The notes below the pieces were generated by a model. That model did no database searches. It worked only from the letters and a program-made list of their open reading frames with translations, and was not told the origin of the DNA. The position numbers and the translations under genes were made by a program. Positions 19,353-28,451 of a stretch of 64,000 nt of DNA are shown here, in pieces. This stretch comes from Candidatus Multivoradales bacterium (GTDB lineage: Bacteria > Acidobacteriota > Thermoanaerobaculia > Multivoradales > JAHEKO01). Within the stretch, counting starts at the first letter, position 1. Every line of letters starts with the position of its first letter. The stretch is taken from NCBI GenBank assembly GCA_965223155.1, contig CBDCVR010000014.1:1216001-1280000 (forward strand). The letters are read 5' to 3'.

Positions 19353-19503
19353 GAGTTATCGTCAAATGTTGCGTACGGCTGACTCAGGCGGCGATCCGGT
19401 TCTTGGCTTCTCCGTCAACGAACTGGACTCCTCGGACAACGTTGGCCATTCGCCTGTAGCCCTGTAGACGGCGCCATCTTGTCTCGGCGCTCAGGCAGCA
19501 CGA
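19353..19503 (-). pseudogene. IS256-family right end with transposase C-terminal fragment
   Basis: SAETRWRRLQGYRRMANVVRGVQFVDG...AA* followed by an IR-like end (GAGTTATCGTCAAATGTTGCGTA on +). Confidence 0.65.
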
Positions 19504-19606
19504 AAAGCGGTGACAGATGAGATGAGTCGGTCGGTCTCCAGCTGGGACACTGTGCCAGTTGGAGATAACCAAGAATCGGCATCAGAGCCGAGAAAGGAGA
19601 CCGACC

Positions 19607-20620
19607 ATGGAGTATCTTGGCATCGATGTTCACTCGAAGTACAGCGAGGTGTGTGGCGTATCAGAAGACGGTGAGGTGACGGTTCGCCGGCGGGTTCCGA
19701 CGACCGAGACGGGCCTGCGAAGGTTCTTCGCCAATCGGGAACGCTCGCAGGTGACGCTCGAGAGCGGTCCGGTCACACCCTGGGTCTATCGACTGCTGTC
19801 TGAGCTCGGCCATGAGGTGATGGTGGTCAATCCACGCCGGGTACGTCTGATCGCGGAATCGACCCTGAAGACGGACGGAATCGACGCCGAGATCCTGGCT
19901 CGTTTGAGCCGGTTGGATCTGGGTTTGCTTCGACCAGTCTACCAGCGCACAGGTGAGGCCCAAGAGCTTCGGACGCGTCTTCGGGTCCGAACGAGTCTGG
20001 TGAAGACCAGGACCTCGCTGATCAACTCCGTACGCGGAACGCTGCGGGCACAGGGCTACCGAGTGCCCTCATGTCCGGCGAAGAGCTTCGTGGCTCGGTA
20101 CGCGTCGATGTCGGTCGAAGCCGGCCTGTTGGGAGCGCTCGAACCTCTGGTAACGACAATCGGCGAGCTGACCGATCGGATCCACCATCTCGAAGACGAC
20201 CTCATCTCCGAGTCGAGATCAAACGAGCTGGTCCGTCGGCTGCAGACGGTTCCTGGTGTGGGGCCTCTGGTGAGCCTTGCGTTCGTCGGCTGGATGGATC
20301 GTCCGGATCGGTTCGAGAAAAGCCGCGACGTCGGAGCGTGTCTGGGCTTGAGACCGTCGCTTCGCAGCTCAGGAGGGCATGAGGTCAGGGGCCGGATCAC
20401 TCGCGAGGGCGACTCGGAGATGCGCAGACTCTTGGTGCAGGCAGCTCATGCGGCGTTGAACTGTCGCAAAGAGTCGTCACTCAAGAGATGGGCTGAGGGC
20501 CTGGTCGAGAGGCTGGGTAAGGGCAAGGCCGTGGTCGCGCTAGCTAGGAAGATCGCGGTGTTGCTCCACAGGCTGTGGGTGACAGGTGAGAGCTTCCGAG
20601 CCTTTCCCAAGGCAGCGTAG
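19607..20620 (+). CDS. IS110-family transposase/recombinase
   Basis: GIDVH, LESG, KTDGIDA (DEDD RuvC), TVPGVG, GLRP..RSSGG, ALARK. RBS AAGGAG upstream. Confidence 0.95.
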   Translation: MEYLGIDVHSKYSEVCGVSEDGEVTVRRRVPTTETGLRRFFANRERSQVTLESGPVTPWVYRLLSELGHEVMVVNPRRVRLIAESTLKTDGIDAEILARLSRLDLGLLRPVYQRTGEAQELRTRLRVRTSLVKTRTSLINSVRGTLRAQGYRVPSCPAKSFVARYASMSVEAGLLGALEPLVTTIGELTDRIHHLEDDLISESRSNELVRRLQTVPGVGPLVSLAFVGWMDRPDRFEKSRDVGACLGLRPSLRSSGGHEVRGRITREGDSEMRRLLVQAAHAALNCRKESSLKRWAEGLVERLGKGKAVVALARKIAVLLHRLWVTGESFRAFPKAA

Positions 20621-20649
20621 AAGAGATAACTAGACGACCAACAAGCAAG

Positions 20650-20815
20650 GACGGATTGAGAGGTTCGATGACTCCGAAAGTATCCTTGGTGGCCCCGACA
20701 CCGTGTGACAGATGGGAGCATCGATTCCTAAACGGACGCAAAACTCACCATGCACCGGTTCAAAGAAGAACCCTACAGAGTGCGAATAGAAGCTCGTCCC
20801 AAGCCTCGATCCAAA
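20650..20815 (+). ncRNA. Predicted bridge/seekRNA
   Basis: Two stem/internal-loop/hairpin units. Loop 1 has AAGTATCCTT (reverse complement of the right flank) and GTGACAGA (left flank plus core). Boundaries approximate. Confidence 0.75.
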
Positions 20816-20911
20816 CCTAAGGAAAACTACAAAAAGAAGAAACGAAACTCTTGACGCCAACCGACCGACTCATAGAAGGATACTTATTCCGCTAGATCGA
20901 AGCCCTGAGAA

Positions 20912-21031
20912 TTGCGGCGCCACTCACGTACCGGCAGGCCGCTGGGATCGGAGCAGTTCGTCAAGGACCTCGAGCAAACGACCAAGAGGCGTCTTAGACC
21001 CCGGAAGGTCGGTAGGAAGCCAAGGGCCTAA
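20912..21031 (+). pseudogene. C-terminal fragment of a RAYT-like Y1 (HUH) transposase
   Basis: LRRHSRTGRPLGSEQFVKDLEQTTKRRLRPRKVGRKPRA*, followed by CTGTCACCGATTT (21040-21052). Confidence 0.65.
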
Positions 21032-21197
21032 TGGGTAACCTGTCACCGATTTACGCCAATTGCCAAGAGAAGGAGCAATTGAGCGTAGAAGAGAGTCGCA
21101 AACAGGACCGATAGCCTCCGCATCGCTCCAATGCCGTGAACTAGATACTCGTTCCAGAGGTACCGTGGAATACGGAGCTCGATCGGGGCGCAGAAAA

Positions 21198-21494
21198 CTA
21201 GGCGCCTGCCTGAAGACCTAGCGCCTGCCGTGCCTTGCTCACCGCGGCCTCTATCTCGTCCTCGCCCTTGTAGTGCGGAACTTCCTTCCGTTCCTCCGGA
21301 TACGGCGAGTACCAAACGACCTCACTAAACAGAGCCTCGATCACGGCCAGCTCCTCGGGAGAGAAGTCCGTCTGTTTGAGCCGAAAGTTGTAAAACGACT
21401 CGACAGCGGCACAGAATTCCCAGTAGGTGATCTCGTCTCCCAGGTCCTTCTCCAGCAACCGAAAAAGCTCGGCCCGTCCGTCGCTAGCGATCAC
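21198..21494 (-). CDS. Small acidic protein, colicin-D/CdiI-like immunity protein (putative)
   Basis: 98 aa, ...LF.EVVWYSP..EER....YKGEDEIEAAVSKA pattern, atypical codon usage. Confidence 0.55.
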   Translation of the reverse strand: MIASDGRAELFRLLEKDLGDEITYWEFCAAVESFYNFRLKQTDFSPEELAVIEALFSEVVWYSPYPEERKEVPHYKGEDEIEAAVSKARQALGLQAGA

Positions 21495-21755
21495 GCTGAA
21501 GCGCCGGTCGTAGGCGTAGAGACACCCATGGATCTAGGATCCCTAGCAAGTTCTTCCGAAGCGAGCTCCCCTACCAGTGGCAGGATCGAAGATACCCTGC
21601 CCGCTAGAGCGGCTTGCAACGTTCGCGACAAACCGGCCCTTCATCCCTAGCTCCTCACTGGAATTTCGTCTGAAATTCGAACATTTCACCCGTCCGGGCA
21701 TTGGTAGGCGTGGACTTCAAGGTCTTGGGCGTCGGCTGCCTTGGACTTGGTGCTG

Positions 21756-23537
21756 CTAGCTGTACAGAGCCTCGATCTCGGGCTCGAACTTGGCGAAGAC
21801 GACTCGGCGCTTGAGTTTCATCGTCGGAGTCAGCTCGCCGCCCTCGATGGTGAACTGACCCGGCAGGATCTTGACCTTTTTAATGGTCTCGACCTTGGCC
21901 AGCGAGCGGTTGACCACGGCGACCTGGTCTTCCAGCCAGGCCGCGAACCGCTCGCAGCCGGCGGCCTCTTCCGGCGTCCGGGCGGGACTGCCGGCCTGCT
22001 CGGCATCGGCAGCCAGGCGCTCGGGATCCAACGTCACGAGCGCGGTCAGGTAGTTTCGCCCATCGCCGATGACCGCCGCCGCGGCGACTATCGGAATCCC
22101 CTTGAGCTTGGCTTCGAGCTCCGCCGGGCTGATGTTCTTGCCGCCGGAGGTGATGATCAGCTCCTTCTTGCGGTCGGTGATCTTCAAGAAACCGTCGTCG
22201 TCGAAGTGACCGATGTCTCCTGAACGAACCCAGCCGTCCGCGGTCAGGGTCTCGGCCGTGGCCTCGGGATTCTTAAGGTAGCCCAGAAAGACGTGGGGGC
22301 CGCGCATCAAGACTTCGCCGTCCCCGGCGATACGAATCTCGGTACCCGGCAGCGGGAAGCCGGCTTTGCCGGTGCGGTAGCGATCGGGGCGGGAGATGGT
22401 CCCCGGACCAGTGACCTCGCTCATGCCGTAGATCTCTAGGATCGGAATACCCAGGGACAGGAAGAACTCGAGCGTGTCCAGGGTGATCGGCGCCGCCGAG
22501 GTGGCGCAAACCCGGGCACGATCGAGGCCCAGCTTGCGCCGCACCTTGGAGAAGACCAGCCGGTCCGCCAGGCTGTAGAAGGCGGGCAGCGGCCGGCCCT
22601 GTTGCTGGGCGTAGCCGCCTTCCAGGCCCTTGCGGCGCGCCCAGGCCGCGATCTTCTTCTTCAGCCCGGTCGACTCGGCGCCCGCTGCCGCCACCGCCGC
22701 CTGGATCTTCTCCCAAACCCGCGGTACGCCCAGGAAGACCTGCGGGCGCACCTCGGGCAGGTTCACGCCCAGCTTCTCGATGCTCTCTGCAAACCAGCAG
22801 CAGGCGCCGACGTGCATGGGACCGTGGAGCGAAACCATCTGCTCGGCGATATGGCTCATCGGCAGGTAGCTCAGGAAGTTGTCCGAAGGCACGACCTCCA
22901 GCTGCTCGACCACGGCGGCCGCCGTCCACAGGATGTTGCTGTGCGACAGCATCACCGCCTTGGGCGGCCCGGTGGTTCCCGAGGTATAGATCAGGGTGGC
23001 CAGGTCGTTCGGCTGTTGCGCCGCGATGCGCTCGTCGAGAGCCGCTTCGGAGACCCCCTCGCCCCGATTCAAAAGCTCGGACCACGACAGCACGAAGTCG
23101 CCATCGCCCTCGCCTTCCATCACGATCACCGCCGCCAGCCGCGGCAGCCGGCCGCGAATCTCCAGGAACTTGGCGAGCTGGTCTTGGTTCTCGACCACCG
23201 CCACGCGGGCGCCGGCGTGATCGGCGATGTAATGGCACTGCTCCGCCGAGCAAGTCGTGTAGATGCCGGCGGGTACGCCGCCGGCCAGGATCGCGCCGAT
23301 ATCGGCGACGAACCACTCGCGGCGGTTGAAGCCGAGGATGGTGACGGTGTCACCGGGCTCGAGACCCAGCGCGAGGAAGCCCCGGGCGGCCCGGCGGGTC
23401 TCGGTCCGGTACGCCTCCCAGCTGGTCTCACGCCAGACGCCGTCGCGTTTGGTCCGCATCGCCGGCGCCTCTCCGCGCTCGGAAGCGATCCATTCGAAGT
23501 AGCTCGAAACGGTGGTTGGACGGTCGCTCTCAGTCAT
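21756..23537 (-). CDS. Long-chain fatty-acid-CoA ligase
   Basis: YTSGTTGPPKAV, SYLPMSHIAE, VPRVWEK, YGMSE, SGDIG, DRKKELIITSGGKN, ELTPTMKLKR. Confidence 0.93.
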   Translation of the reverse strand: MTESDRPTTVSSYFEWIASERGEAPAMRTKRDGVWRETSWEAYRTETRRAARGFLALGLEPGDTVTILGFNRREWFVADIGAILAGGVPAGIYTTCSAEQCHYIADHAGARVAVVENQDQLAKFLEIRGRLPRLAAVIVMEGEGDGDFVLSWSELLNRGEGVSEAALDERIAAQQPNDLATLIYTSGTTGPPKAVMLSHSNILWTAAAVVEQLEVVPSDNFLSYLPMSHIAEQMVSLHGPMHVGACCWFAESIEKLGVNLPEVRPQVFLGVPRVWEKIQAAVAAAGAESTGLKKKIAAWARRKGLEGGYAQQQGRPLPAFYSLADRLVFSKVRRKLGLDRARVCATSAAPITLDTLEFFLSLGIPILEIYGMSEVTGPGTISRPDRYRTGKAGFPLPGTEIRIAGDGEVLMRGPHVFLGYLKNPEATAETLTADGWVRSGDIGHFDDDGFLKITDRKKELIITSGGKNISPAELEAKLKGIPIVAAAAVIGDGRNYLTALVTLDPERLAADAEQAGSPARTPEEAAGCERFAAWLEDQVAVVNRSLAKVETIKKVKILPGQFTIEGGELTPTMKLKRRVVFAKFEPEIEALYS

Positions 23538-23943
23538 CGCGTTCCTCCTGGCCTGTGGCCTTCCGCGCTCGCAGTTCGAAGCCACGCAGGATGACGAACG
23601 CCACCAGGGCGATGAGAAAGACCACCAGGAGCATCCAGGCAAGGCTCCCCAGGGTCTCGATCACCGTCCGGTAGACCTCGAGGGTCCAGCGCTCGGAAGT
23701 CAGCGCCACCGGCTTGGCGTCACCGTAGCCGGTCACGAAGGTCTGTAGCTGGTGGATCTTGACGCCGCCGGAGACACCGACCACGTAGATCGCGAACTTG
23801 ACGTAGCGATGCCACGCGGAGCCCAGATCCTCGGCAACGATCCGATCCAGGATCTTGCGGATCGGCCGGTCGAAGATGCGGGCGACTACGGCACAGCAGA
23901 TGAGCGAAACCAGCAGGGTTACGGTCAGCAGCGTTATGAACAT
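23530..23943 (-). CDS. Conserved hypothetical membrane protein
   Basis: RBS AAGGAGG before ATG 23943, about 3 TM segments, overlaps the ligase start. Confidence 0.8.
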   Translation of the reverse strand: MFITLLTVTLLVSLICCAVVARIFDRPIRKILDRIVAEDLGSAWHRYVKFAIYVVGVSGGVKIHQLQTFVTGYGDAKPVALTSERWTLEVYRTVIETLGSLAWMLLVVFLIALVAFVILRGFELRARKATGQEERDD

Positions 23944-24217
23944 CCTCGTGACCTCCTTTCGCCTGCCGCTGACGGTCCGGCACACGCGCACCGGGGCCCC
24001 GTCGCAGCCGATCGAACTGGAAGGCACCGATTCTACGATGACTCAGACTGGCACGCTGCCCGTCCGGCCCGACCTCGACTTGGCCGAGCGCCCGTGCGAC
24101 CGCCAACCTCTCCGGCGACTCGCTCGCGCTCACTCGCCAGCCGGCTACGATTGACGCCGACGTGGCCGTTTTTCTGCGGCGTCCACCTTGATGGCCGGGT
24201 GGTAGGCTCCGCACATC

Positions 24218-25822
24218 GTGAGCCCAGGGTCGGAAGTGCACGGACCGGGAGCCGCGAGAGGCCGGCCGCTCGACGGGATCTCGAGCTCCGGAGGAGGCAA
24301 CGCGGGCCGCCGGAAAGCCCGGCTCCGCCGCTATCAGCAAGCCTGTCGTAGAGCCCCTCGGGGAGCCCTGGTGCTACTGGCGAGCGCGCTTCTGGCCTGT
24401 GGCACTGTCGCCCCCCCTGGCCCGTCCGACCCGGTCCGACCTGCCGAAGGCGGTAGCGAGTCTTCGTCGACACTGCTCATCACCGGCGGCACGGTGGTGA
24501 CCGTCGATCCCCGCGATCGGATCATCCCCGACGGCGCGGTCGCGGTCGCTAAGGGACGGATCGTGGCCGTCGGCACCACGGCGGCGCTCGAGGCCCGCTA
24601 TCCGGCGGCCCCGCGGCTCGACGCCCGGGGAGCGTTCGTCATCCCGGGACTCGTCAACACCCACACCCACGTCCCCATGGTGCTCTTTCGCGGCCTCGCC
24701 GACGACCTCGAGCTCATGGACTGGCTCGAGAACCACATCTTCCCGGCCGAGGCCCGTCACGTCGATGAGGAGTTCGTGCGCTGGGGAACGCGCCTGGCGT
24801 GCGCCGAGATGTTGCGCGCCGGCACGACCACCTTCGTCGAGATGTACTACTTCGACGACGTCATCGCCGAAGAAGCCGAGCGCTGCGGCATGCGGGCGGT
24901 GGTCGGCGAGACCCTGATCGACTTTCCGGCACCCGACAACAAGACCTGGGACGAAGCCGTCGCCTATACCCGCAGGTTCGTGAAGCGCTGGCGCGGCCAC
25001 GAGCGGATCGTGCCGGCGGTTGCCCCCCACTCGCCGTACCTGGTCTCGGCCGAGCACTTGCGCCAGACCCAGGCCCTCGCGGTCGAGCTCGACGCGCCGC
25101 TTCTCATGCACGTGGCCGAGGATCGCTCAGAGGTCGCCACCATGGTCGAGCGCACGGGCATGACCTCGATCGCCTATCTCGACTCGCTCGGACTCGCTAC
25201 CGACCGGCTGCTGGCCGCTCACGTGGTGTGGCCGACGCCCGAGGAGATCGCGCTTCTTGCCGAACGCGGCATCGGAGTTGCCCACTGTCCCCAGTCCAAC
25301 ATGAAAGTCGCAGCCGGTATCGCACCGGTCCCGGCGCTTCTCGACGCCGGCGTCGCCGTCGGCCTGGGCACGGACGGCGCCGCCTCGAACAACGACCTCA
25401 ACCTGTGGGAAGAGATGGACACGGCCGCCAAGATCCACAAGGTCACGGCCCGGGACCCCACGGTCGTGTCCGCCCGGGAGGCTTTCCGCATGGCCACGAT
25501 CGGCGGCGCCGCGGCCATCGACCTGGACGCTGAGATCGGCTCGATCGAGGTCGGCAAGTGGGCCGACTTGGTCGTGGTCGGCGCAGACGGTATTCATCAG
25601 GAGCCGCAGCAGCCGGAGCAGGCGGAGCAGGCGGAGCAGGCGGAGCAGAACACCTACTCGACGCTGGTGTATTCGACCAAGGCGTCAGACGTACGCACGG
25701 TTCTCGTCGCCGGCCAGATCTTGGTCGACGGCGGCGAAGTTCGCAGCGTCGACCTGCCCACGGTCGCCGCCCGGGCGCGCGCGTACCGCGAAGCGATCCG
25801 GGCCGGACGGAGCAATCCCTAA
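24218..25822 (+). CDS. Amidohydrolase, MTA/SAH-deaminase-like, with a lipobox (start uncertain)
   Basis: PGLVNTHTH, APHSPY, HVAE, HCPQSNMK, GTDGAASNNDL, GSIEVGK.AD. LLASALLAC near the N-terminus. Confidence 0.88.
   Translation: MSPGSEVHGPGAARGRPLDGISSSGGGNAGRRKARLRRYQQACRRAPRGALVLLASALLACGTVAPPGPSDPVRPAEGGSESSSTLLITGGTVVTVDPRDRIIPDGAVAVAKGRIVAVGTTAALEARYPAAPRLDARGAFVIPGLVNTHTHVPMVLFRGLADDLELMDWLENHIFPAEARHVDEEFVRWGTRLACAEMLRAGTTTFVEMYYFDDVIAEEAERCGMRAVVGETLIDFPAPDNKTWDEAVAYTRRFVKRWRGHERIVPAVAPHSPYLVSAEHLRQTQALAVELDAPLLMHVAEDRSEVATMVERTGMTSIAYLDSLGLATDRLLAAHVVWPTPEEIALLAERGIGVAHCPQSNMKVAAGIAPVPALLDAGVAVGLGTDGAASNNDLNLWEEMDTAAKIHKVTARDPTVVSAREAFRMATIGGAAAIDLDAEIGSIEVGKWADLVVVGADGIHQEPQQPEQAEQAEQAEQNTYSTLVYSTKASDVRTVLVAGQILVDGGEVRSVDLPTVAARARAYREAIRAGRSNP
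25616..25648 (+). repeat. 9-bp tandem repeat GAGCAGGCG x3.7 (EQA)n inside the amidohydrolase
   Basis: Directly visible and in frame. Confidence 0.8.
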
Positions 25823-25903
25823 CAGCCCCGGCGTCCTGTGCGCCAAGGGTAGACGTGGTGGCACTCCAGGCGGCCGCTTCGGGGCCGGGTAGACTCGGCC
25901 CCC

Positions 25904-26632
25904 ATGTCCATCCGACTCCTCCTTCTTCAGACCCGGGAGCCGGACGATCCCGTGCTCGAGGAAGAGCGCCGTTCGTTCGCCGAGAAGACCGCGCTTGAGT
26001 TGGACCGCATCGCCGCCCACGACCTCTTGAGCGGTCCTCCCGGATGGGATCGAATCCGGCGCTTCGACGGCCTCCTTATCGGCGGCAGTGGCGACTACTA
26101 CGTGTCGAAAGCGCACTTGCCGAACTTCGAGCAGCTCCTCGGATTCTTCGGCGAGGTCGTCACCCTGGGGTTCCCGACTTTCGCGTCCTGCTTCGGATTC
26201 CAGCTCATGACCGCGGCTCTCGGCGGCCGGATCGTGCACGACACGGCGTCGATGGAGGTCGGCACCTACGAGCTCCGGCTTACCGAGGCAGGACAGTCGG
26301 ACCCGCTTCTCGGCACCCTGCCCGAGAGCTTCATGGGCCAGCTCGGCCGCAAGGACCGGGCCGAGACCCTACCCGAAGGCTTCGAGAACCTGGTCACCAG
26401 CGATCGCTGTCCGAACCAGTGTTTCCGGGTTCCGGACCAGCCCATCTGGGCGACCCAGTTTCACCCCGAGCTGGATGGCCACACCAACCGGGGCCGCTAT
26501 CTACGCTATCTCGAGGGCTACGCCGAGCACCTGACGCCGGCCGAGCAGAAAGCCGCCCTCGAACGCTACCGGGACAGCCCCGAGACCGAGAAGCTGATGG
26601 CCCGCTGGGTGGATCTGGTCTTCCGCAGCTGA
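25904..26632 (+). CDS. Class I glutamine amidotransferase-like protein
   Basis: GGSG, SCFGFQ, QFHPE triad. Confidence 0.9.
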   Translation: MSIRLLLLQTREPDDPVLEEERRSFAEKTALELDRIAAHDLLSGPPGWDRIRRFDGLLIGGSGDYYVSKAHLPNFEQLLGFFGEVVTLGFPTFASCFGFQLMTAALGGRIVHDTASMEVGTYELRLTEAGQSDPLLGTLPESFMGQLGRKDRAETLPEGFENLVTSDRCPNQCFRVPDQPIWATQFHPELDGHTNRGRYLRYLEGYAEHLTPAEQKAALERYRDSPETEKLMARWVDLVFRS

Positions 26633-26666
26633 GTGGGCTGAGCCAGCTAAACCGAGCTGAAGCAGG

Positions 26667-27431
26667 CTAGCCGTCGCCGTCGGTGGGTGCCGCGCGTATC
26701 TGCTCCAACATCTGCTGAACGCGCTCGTTGTCCGGGTCGAGGGCCAGCATCCGCTCCAAGGTGGCGATCGCCCCGTCCCGGTCCCCTGCCTGCTGTTGCG
26801 CCTGAGCCAGCGTGCCCAGGGTCCAGGCGGATTCCGGGAAGAGCTCCAGGTTGCGCTGGAGAAGGACGATGGCCGCACCTGGATCCTCGCGCCCGACCGC
26901 TTCGGCCGTCCGTACCAGCGTCCCCTCGCCAAAGTCGTAGGTGTGGCTGCCGTAGTGCTTCTCTCGCAGCTCGCCGTAGCGGCTCAGAGCGGCCTCAGCG
27001 CCGCCTGAGGCGACCTCTCGGGCCAGGAGGTCTTCGAGCTGCTCCGGCAGCAGGGCGCCGCGATGACAAGTCACACAGCGCACCACGACCGGCTCGGCAC
27101 CGTCGGTGACGGTTTCGGCGACCTGCTCGTTGATCGAGCGAACCATCCGCATCATCGCGCGGGCGGCAAGCTTCGCGGCCTTGTCGTCCGAAGCGAAATC
27201 AAACGTGGACAGGGGCTGGCCCTTCTCGCCGACGTGGCAGTGCTGGCAACGGACTCCTAGCCCACGGGAGAAGCCGCGCATTGCTCCGAGGAGTTGGCGG
27301 GTGTCGATGTCCTCAGGGAAAACCTGGAGGTTCTTGGGTTCGGGCGGCCACTGGGCGACGAGCGGACCGGCCGCAAGCAGCACCAACGCAAGCGTCGGCA
27401 GCATCTTTTCCAAAGGACGGGTTCGGTTCAT
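26667..27431 (-). CDS. Secreted dihaem c-type cytochrome with C-terminal TPR
   Basis: Signal peptide, PKNLQV, LGVRCQHCH, CVTCHRG, TPR-like tail. Confidence 0.88.
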   Translation of the reverse strand: MNRTRPLEKMLPTLALVLLAAGPLVAQWPPEPKNLQVFPEDIDTRQLLGAMRGFSRGLGVRCQHCHVGEKGQPLSTFDFASDDKAAKLAARAMMRMVRSINEQVAETVTDGAEPVVVRCVTCHRGALLPEQLEDLLAREVASGGAEAALSRYGELREKHYGSHTYDFGEGTLVRTAEAVGREDPGAAIVLLQRNLELFPESAWTLGTLAQAQQQAGDRDGAIATLERMLALDPDNERVQQMLEQIRAAPTDGDG

Positions 27432-27740
27432 GAATCTCTCCTTCCCTTGACGGTGGTTGCGAATAGGTACGGATCCTACCCGGTTCGGTTTCGACCTCGT
27501 CTTGAACCAGCTCGCGTCCGGTCGGTCAAAGAGAAGCGCCCTTCGGCCCAGAAGCGTGCAGGCCTTGCGGTTCACGAACAGAAGTTGCTCGACCGGCGCC
27601 ACCTAGCCCGATCCCGAGCAACGCTTTTCCGACCCCTCCCAGGCCGGCGACGTCTCCGCTCCCAGTGACGACACAGGTCCGGGGATGCCGACGATGCTCG
27701 GATCTTACGGCTGACGTTACAAGAAACCCCGGGAGGCACC

Positions 27741-28406
27741 ATGACTCGATCCAGAAGGGCAACTGGCGGAGCCAGCGCATCGGCGGTTTGGCTGATTCTC
27801 CTCATCCTGCTTCTCATCATCCTCCTGCTGATCCTGCGCAACTGTGAGTCTCCACCCGGGGAGGATCCCCAAGAACCCGTGGATAACAAGGTCGTGTTCG
27901 TCACCAGCCAGACCTTCTCTGGCAATTTGGGGAACTTCGCCGGCGCCGATGCCAAGTGCCAGGCCGCGGCCGAAGCGGCCGGACTCTCGGGCTCCTTCAA
28001 GGCCTGGATCAGCGGGCGGCCGGACTGGACCGGCAACGGCGGCGGCACCCAGAACGTGGCCCAGCGCATGACTCATTCGTCCTCACCGTACGTGCTGACC
28101 ACCGGTACCAAAGTCGCCGACGACTGGGCCGACCTGACCGACGGCTCGCTCGACCACGGCATCGACCGGGACGAGAACGGCGCGACTGCGTCGGGCTCGG
28201 TCTGGACCAACACCAAGACCGACGGCGACGCCTTCGACCACCGGCGCGACTGCGGCCCCGGCGGCTCGCAGAGCGACGTCTGGGGTTCGGCAGATCAGTT
28301 CGAATCGGGCCACTTCGGAACCGCCGGCGACAGCGGCGCCACCTGGACCACCAACACCAACACCGGCTGCAACAACTCCTTCCGCCTCTACTGCTTCGAG
28401 CAGTAG
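27741..28406 (+). CDS. Membrane-anchored DUF1554/endostatin-like domain protein
   Basis: VFVTS..FSGNLG..AGADAKCQ, FKAWIS, VWTNT, C....RLYCFEQ. Confidence 0.8.
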   Translation: MTRSRRATGGASASAVWLILLILLLIILLLILRNCESPPGEDPQEPVDNKVVFVTSQTFSGNLGNFAGADAKCQAAAEAAGLSGSFKAWISGRPDWTGNGGGTQNVAQRMTHSSSPYVLTTGTKVADDWADLTDGSLDHGIDRDENGATASGSVWTNTKTDGDAFDHRRDCGPGGSQSDVWGSADQFESGHFGTAGDSGATWTTNTNTGCNNSFRLYCFEQ

Positions 28407-28451
28407 CGCGATCCGCGAGCTCGCGACGGGCGCCTCCCCGCGTCCGCCGCT

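Larger units (their letters stand above)
19515..20876 (+). mobile_element. IS110-family, IS1111-group insertion sequence (apparently complete)
   Basis: Perfect 14-bp sub-terminal inverted repeats ATGAGTCGGTCGGT (19522-19535) and ACCGACCGACTCAT (20860-20873). AGA at both ends. Outward TTGACG at 20851. Long right non-coding end. Confidence 0.9.

Noticed and set aside
19384-19572. 62-aa ORF as an intact gene
   Set aside because: Chimera of the IS1111 left end and an IS256 C-terminal fragment.
21043-21315. 90-aa minus-strand ORF
   Set aside because: Overlaps the immunity-like gene and ends inside the RAYT-like end motif; no recognisable family.
25817-25823. CCCTAAC at gene ends (also 54973-54979) as further attC R'' boxes
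   Set aside because: No L boxes or matching downstream GTTRRRY seen.
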